64,000 bases of DNA from Ostrea edulis (taxonomy: Eukaryota): NCBI RefSeq assembly GCF_947568905.1, contig NC_079168.1, positions 31,434,001-31,498,000 on the forward strand. Reading direction: 5' to 3'. Below the pieces are notes generated by a model, which saw only the letters and a program-made list of their open reading frames with translations, did not search any database and was not told where the DNA came from. Below, in pieces: positions 61,201 through 64,000 of the stretch (positions are counted from its first letter, which is position 1; each line of letters opens with the position of its first letter). A program made the translations under genes and the position numbers.

Positions 61201-63870
61201 TTGTTTATATCAGCTGTTGGTATACATTAAGCTGACCATATCAAGAATTAATTTGTTTGAATTAGGCCACATTAAATTAGATATGAAATTAATGATTATT
61301 TTCTCTTCTACTTGAGTGATATTTTTATCAAAGAAAAATGATTTTTGTTTGAATTATTTTATTGATATGTTTACGGTGTGACTGTTGAGACGAGCAAAGA
61401 TCCATAACATCTTACAACACGACTTGAGCCAATTTATTCAATGCGGGAAATATAACGCGGTTGATGTAAACAGTGCATTGTGACGTCATCATTAACTGCG
61501 ATTGTTTTTCTTTCAAATCAAACAATTATCCACAACAAAACGTACGAAGGTATGGGAAAGCTTGTCTGGAATTTAAAATCATTTGTGGTACATTCCAAAC
61601 TATTCATTTGTTTTATCTACGGGGTTGTCAATGAAGTATACCGCAGTGACAGCGACATTTTACCGGAAGCATTATGGGTAGTCAAATCATTTTTCAGCTG
61701 ATGAAGAGCAAATCATGTGACTCAATTGCATAATCATTGGAGCGAGCTTTGCTTGCTATTAAATACTCATAAACTTCTACTAAATTTGTGTTTCTTTGTA
61801 GTTTAGGTGGTTGCTTGGCGTCCGGTAATTAGCCTTTAGGCAATATAGAACATAACGATAAGTATTTGTACCCACCACGTGATTGTGTATAAGAGTTCAA
61901 CAAAGGGAAATAACTATTGGGCAACTCAAAAATTGCGTATTATGGTGGTATTGACAGGACATCTATTTACAAGATTTTCATTATATCCTAAAGAAACAAG
62001 AATAAGAATGCATAGTAATCACTCAATCTTTCTGTCTGTCCAAACCACTCTCTGTGCAAATCACATCTAGGTCACAAATGTAATAGTGTGGGTTGTAAAG
62101 GTACAAAACAACAACACCAATGGTAGCTAGAATTCAACATAAGAGTTTATATTTTATTTTCAGCTCTGAAATACATGTATATAACAAGAATATCACATAT
62201 GATAATATATATAACATGAATTAAAAACATAGTTTTTAAAAAATATCAACAAAGAAAACTCATTTGCCCAGCACAGTTTACAATCAAGAGTTATTCCTCC
62301 TAACCGTGCTTAAAATAATGGGGACATAAATTGTAGATTTCAGGACTCCTGTACCCCTGGGGCCTTAGGGACAGGGCACAAACTGCCAGAAATTAACCAA
62401 TTTTCAAAAATTCTCTTCTTTACAACTGCACATCTGTAAGAAAAACTAAATGCATTGTCATGCAGCCTCTACCAAAATTGTAAATTTCATGATCTCTGGG
62501 GTAAAAATTTGACTCCAGGGTGGGACCAAACTCGGCACATAGTGTTTATGTGTAAACCACTTAAATAGCATTTTCTTTAATGCTATTGATAGTAAATGGA
62601 AACTAAATGAATATTTAGGAGGAGCAGTTAGTCCTTTTCCAAAATTTTTAATTTGATGATCCCAGGGGTAGGGATTTTGGTATCAGGGTGGGACTAAAAT
62701 GGTCATAGTAATCAAATGTTTATATCATTTGAAAGACTTCAGATGAATTTGATATCAGAAAGTAGATACCTGTACTATTGAAATCAGCTATGCCCCTGTC
62801 TGATCGATATTTAATTTTTGATTGTATTTTATGTTACTACAGATTTGAATGGGATGGTAGCTAGTGATAATGGCCCAATAGTTTTCTCTATTGATGACAC
62901 AAAACCAGATGGGAGTTCACCGGGATTAATGGGATTTCTGCTGGCCACAAGCAGGCTCGCCAGTTTTGTACCCAGACAAAGGAAGAAAGGTGACTAAACG
63001 AATTCTGTGTTGACCTGACTTAAACTCAACTCCACATAGTTTGGGATAGTTAAGTACTTGTAATATCCCCTAAAATTGGTATTGCTTTTGCTTTCTATAT
63101 CGGCATCTCAGATAAACATTTAAGAGATGGTCTGTTGCTAAGTATATGTACAGTAAAACACAGTTATAGCAAATCTCCCAGGCCAGCGAAAATCAGTTTG
63201 TTATAACTAAACTTTGTTATGTCCAATATATATTTTGTTAATTTCCTCTCACAGGGAAATCAATATAACTTTGCAATAAATGTGAATTTGTTATAAGTGT
63301 GTTCTTTATAAGTGTGTTTTACTGTACCCTTATAACCTATCTGTTCTACATTTGAATGAAACAACTATGGATTTAGCTATGATAAATGTATGTAATTATG
63401 AAATTAAAAATGACAGAACAATGAAATCAGATTTATTCGAGACTAAATTGTTATTTGGCAGACAGTTTAGGCAGTTCTACGAAAAGGAAAATTGAAAATA
63501 GTTATGTTTTTCATTCATGTTAAAAGCTGAAAATGTTAATCATCAAATAATATTGAATGAGTTGATAGAGATAAAGAGCACGTTGATCTGATATATCTAT
63601 AAACATGGCTTCATTTCTTTCTCATTTCGAGGGATGATTGACGACAGAAATTGATTCTACTTTTTTGTTGGTACATGTAGAATTGTATAGATTGCACCTC
63701 ATGATGAATAAATATTGTGTTATGAACAAAAGTAAAATTCAACAAACACTAATAGAAATGCATTTTGGAAAGATTGGAAAGAAATTCTAATTTGTACATT
63801 TTCATGATTCAGGAGAAAAGCCATATGTAAACACTATGCTGAAGTTTTCAAAAACCAGGAGTTTCTCAAG
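44938..63870 (+). CDS. MAO: Flavin-containing monoamine oxidase, 3'-partial; exons 44938-44989, 50319-50413, 53171-53311, 53521-53625, 55453-55544, 56543-56684, 59173-59328, 60102-60261, 62843-62989, 63813-63870
   Basis: [11 protein letters not shown] (GxGxxG), [66 protein letters not shown]. All junctions are GT-AG and phase-compatible except a frame break in exon 9 near 62945. Confidence 0.93.
46425..47770. mobile_element. Mutator-like foldback non-autonomous element with 9-bp TSD
   Basis: CATGAGGTC at 46416-46424 and 47771-47779; >200-bp TIRs packed with CACGG/CCGTG motifs. Confidence 0.85.
47791..48188. repeat. 101-bp tandem repeat, ~3.9 copies
   Basis: ATGTACACACTGTACATG at 47791, 47892, 47993, 48094. 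Confidence 0.95.
49424..49603 (-). mobile_element. 5'-truncated tRNA-derived SINE with (TCAA)n tail
   Basis: Minus strand GGGTTCGGATCCCGCTC B box; tail reads TTGATTGATTGA on plus. Confidence 0.7.
50111..50169 (+). pseudogene. 5S rRNA-derived fragment (5S pseudogene or SINE3-like)
   Basis: GATCATGCAAGTTAAGCAAC...CAGCACTAGGATGGGTGACC matches the 5S internal control region (GATCACCGAAGTTAAGCAAC...TAGTACTTGGATGGGTGACC). Confidence 0.6.
50544..51166 (+). mobile_element. HINE with ~2 satellite-type units
   Basis: Same termini and subTIRs as 37822-39564. Confidence 0.9.
52465..52877. mobile_element. Young MITE with ~130-bp near-identical TIRs, next to a (TA)n tract
   Basis: AAAGTCAAAAAATAAAATCCAATGC...GTGGGCAAC and its reverse complement; one mismatch seen. 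Confidence 0.9.
52963..53093. repeat. 50-bp inverted repeat containing a hammerhead-like core (possible Penelope-like remnant)
   Basis: Arms 52963-53012 and 53044-53093 with 2 mismatches; TGAAGA-A-GACCG-GTAACA-CGGTC-GAAATATT. Confidence 0.5.
53841..54058. repeat. 17-bp minisatellite, ~12 copies
   Basis: TTTATACCGGTTTGGAG units. Confidence 0.9.
54212..54602. mobile_element. Non-autonomous CAG-terminal element with 5-bp TSD (hAT5-like)
   Basis: 11-bp TIR CAGTGATTTTT/AAAAATCACTG; TTACC at 54207-54211 and 54603-54607. Confidence 0.75.
55590..56300. repeat. 36-bp minisatellite, ~20 copies
   Basis: CTGCAG at 55591, 55627, 55663...; unit GTTACTGTGGGCTGCAGTTATTTATAATACTGTAAT. Confidence 0.95.
57054..57200. 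repeat. 30-bp tandem repeat x5
   Basis: GAGACGTCCATATGTGTCTATAAAAATGTG units. Confidence 0.95.
57563..57820. repeat. ~75-bp tandem repeat x3.5
   Basis: TTGTCATT..GTGAGAGAG at 57563, 57637, 57713, 57790. Confidence 0.9.
58173..58804 (+). mobile_element. HINE with ~2 satellite-type units
   Basis: Same termini and subTIRs as the other copies. Confidence 0.9.
60410..60635. mobile_element. Tc1/mariner-type MITE
   Basis: TA|CCGTATAACGGGTATTTT ... AAAATACCCGTTGTATGG|TA. Confidence 0.75.
62290..62800. mobile_element. Decayed HINE-like repeat
   Basis: TTGTAAATTTCATGATC..GGGGT and CTTCTTTACAAC motifs resembling satellite-bearing elements; termini unclear. Confidence 0.35.
63151..63324. mobile_element. 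Tc1/pogo-type MITE
   Basis: TA|CAGTAAAACAC ... GTGTTTTACTG|TA. Confidence 0.8.
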
Positions 63871-64000
63871 GTTAGAATTTTATTTATATGTACATGTATC
63901 ATCTCTGAACTGATTTGTTAATAATTCACCATGCAGCTATACATGCAGGGATATAAAGAGTTAGATGTATGTGATATGGGGGGGGGGGGGGGGGGGGGGG

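Overview
AT-rich eukaryotic genomic DNA, most likely an oyster (Crassostrea/Magallana), inferred from HINE-type elements carrying the 166-bp HindIII/Cg170-like satellite. Two spliced protein-coding genes were reconstructed by hand. The first is a complete Nova/pasilla 3-KH RNA-binding protein gene on the minus strand (CDS 31899 to 11867, 5 core exons, 576 aa). The second is a 5'-complete flavin monoamine oxidase gene on the plus strand (10 exons from 44938, running off the window) with an apparent frameshift in exon 9. Also present are an intron-containing tRNA-Ile(TAT), a dead hAT transposon whose transposase carries an N-terminal vertnin/OTU-like domain, and many MITEs, foldback elements, SINE remnants and minisatellites. 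The strongest leads are: (1) a probable Nova autoregulatory module (a 60-nt cassette exon preceded by 7 YCAY in 58 nt, three tandem UCAU-loop hairpins in the 3' UTR, and candidate alternative first and poison exons); (2) the vertnin-hAT fusion; (3) an 85-bp perfect-hairpin transposon with a 9-bp TSD; (4) the MAO frameshift. No CRISPR or prokaryotic systems were seen. Splice models come from sequence motifs only and need RNA data.
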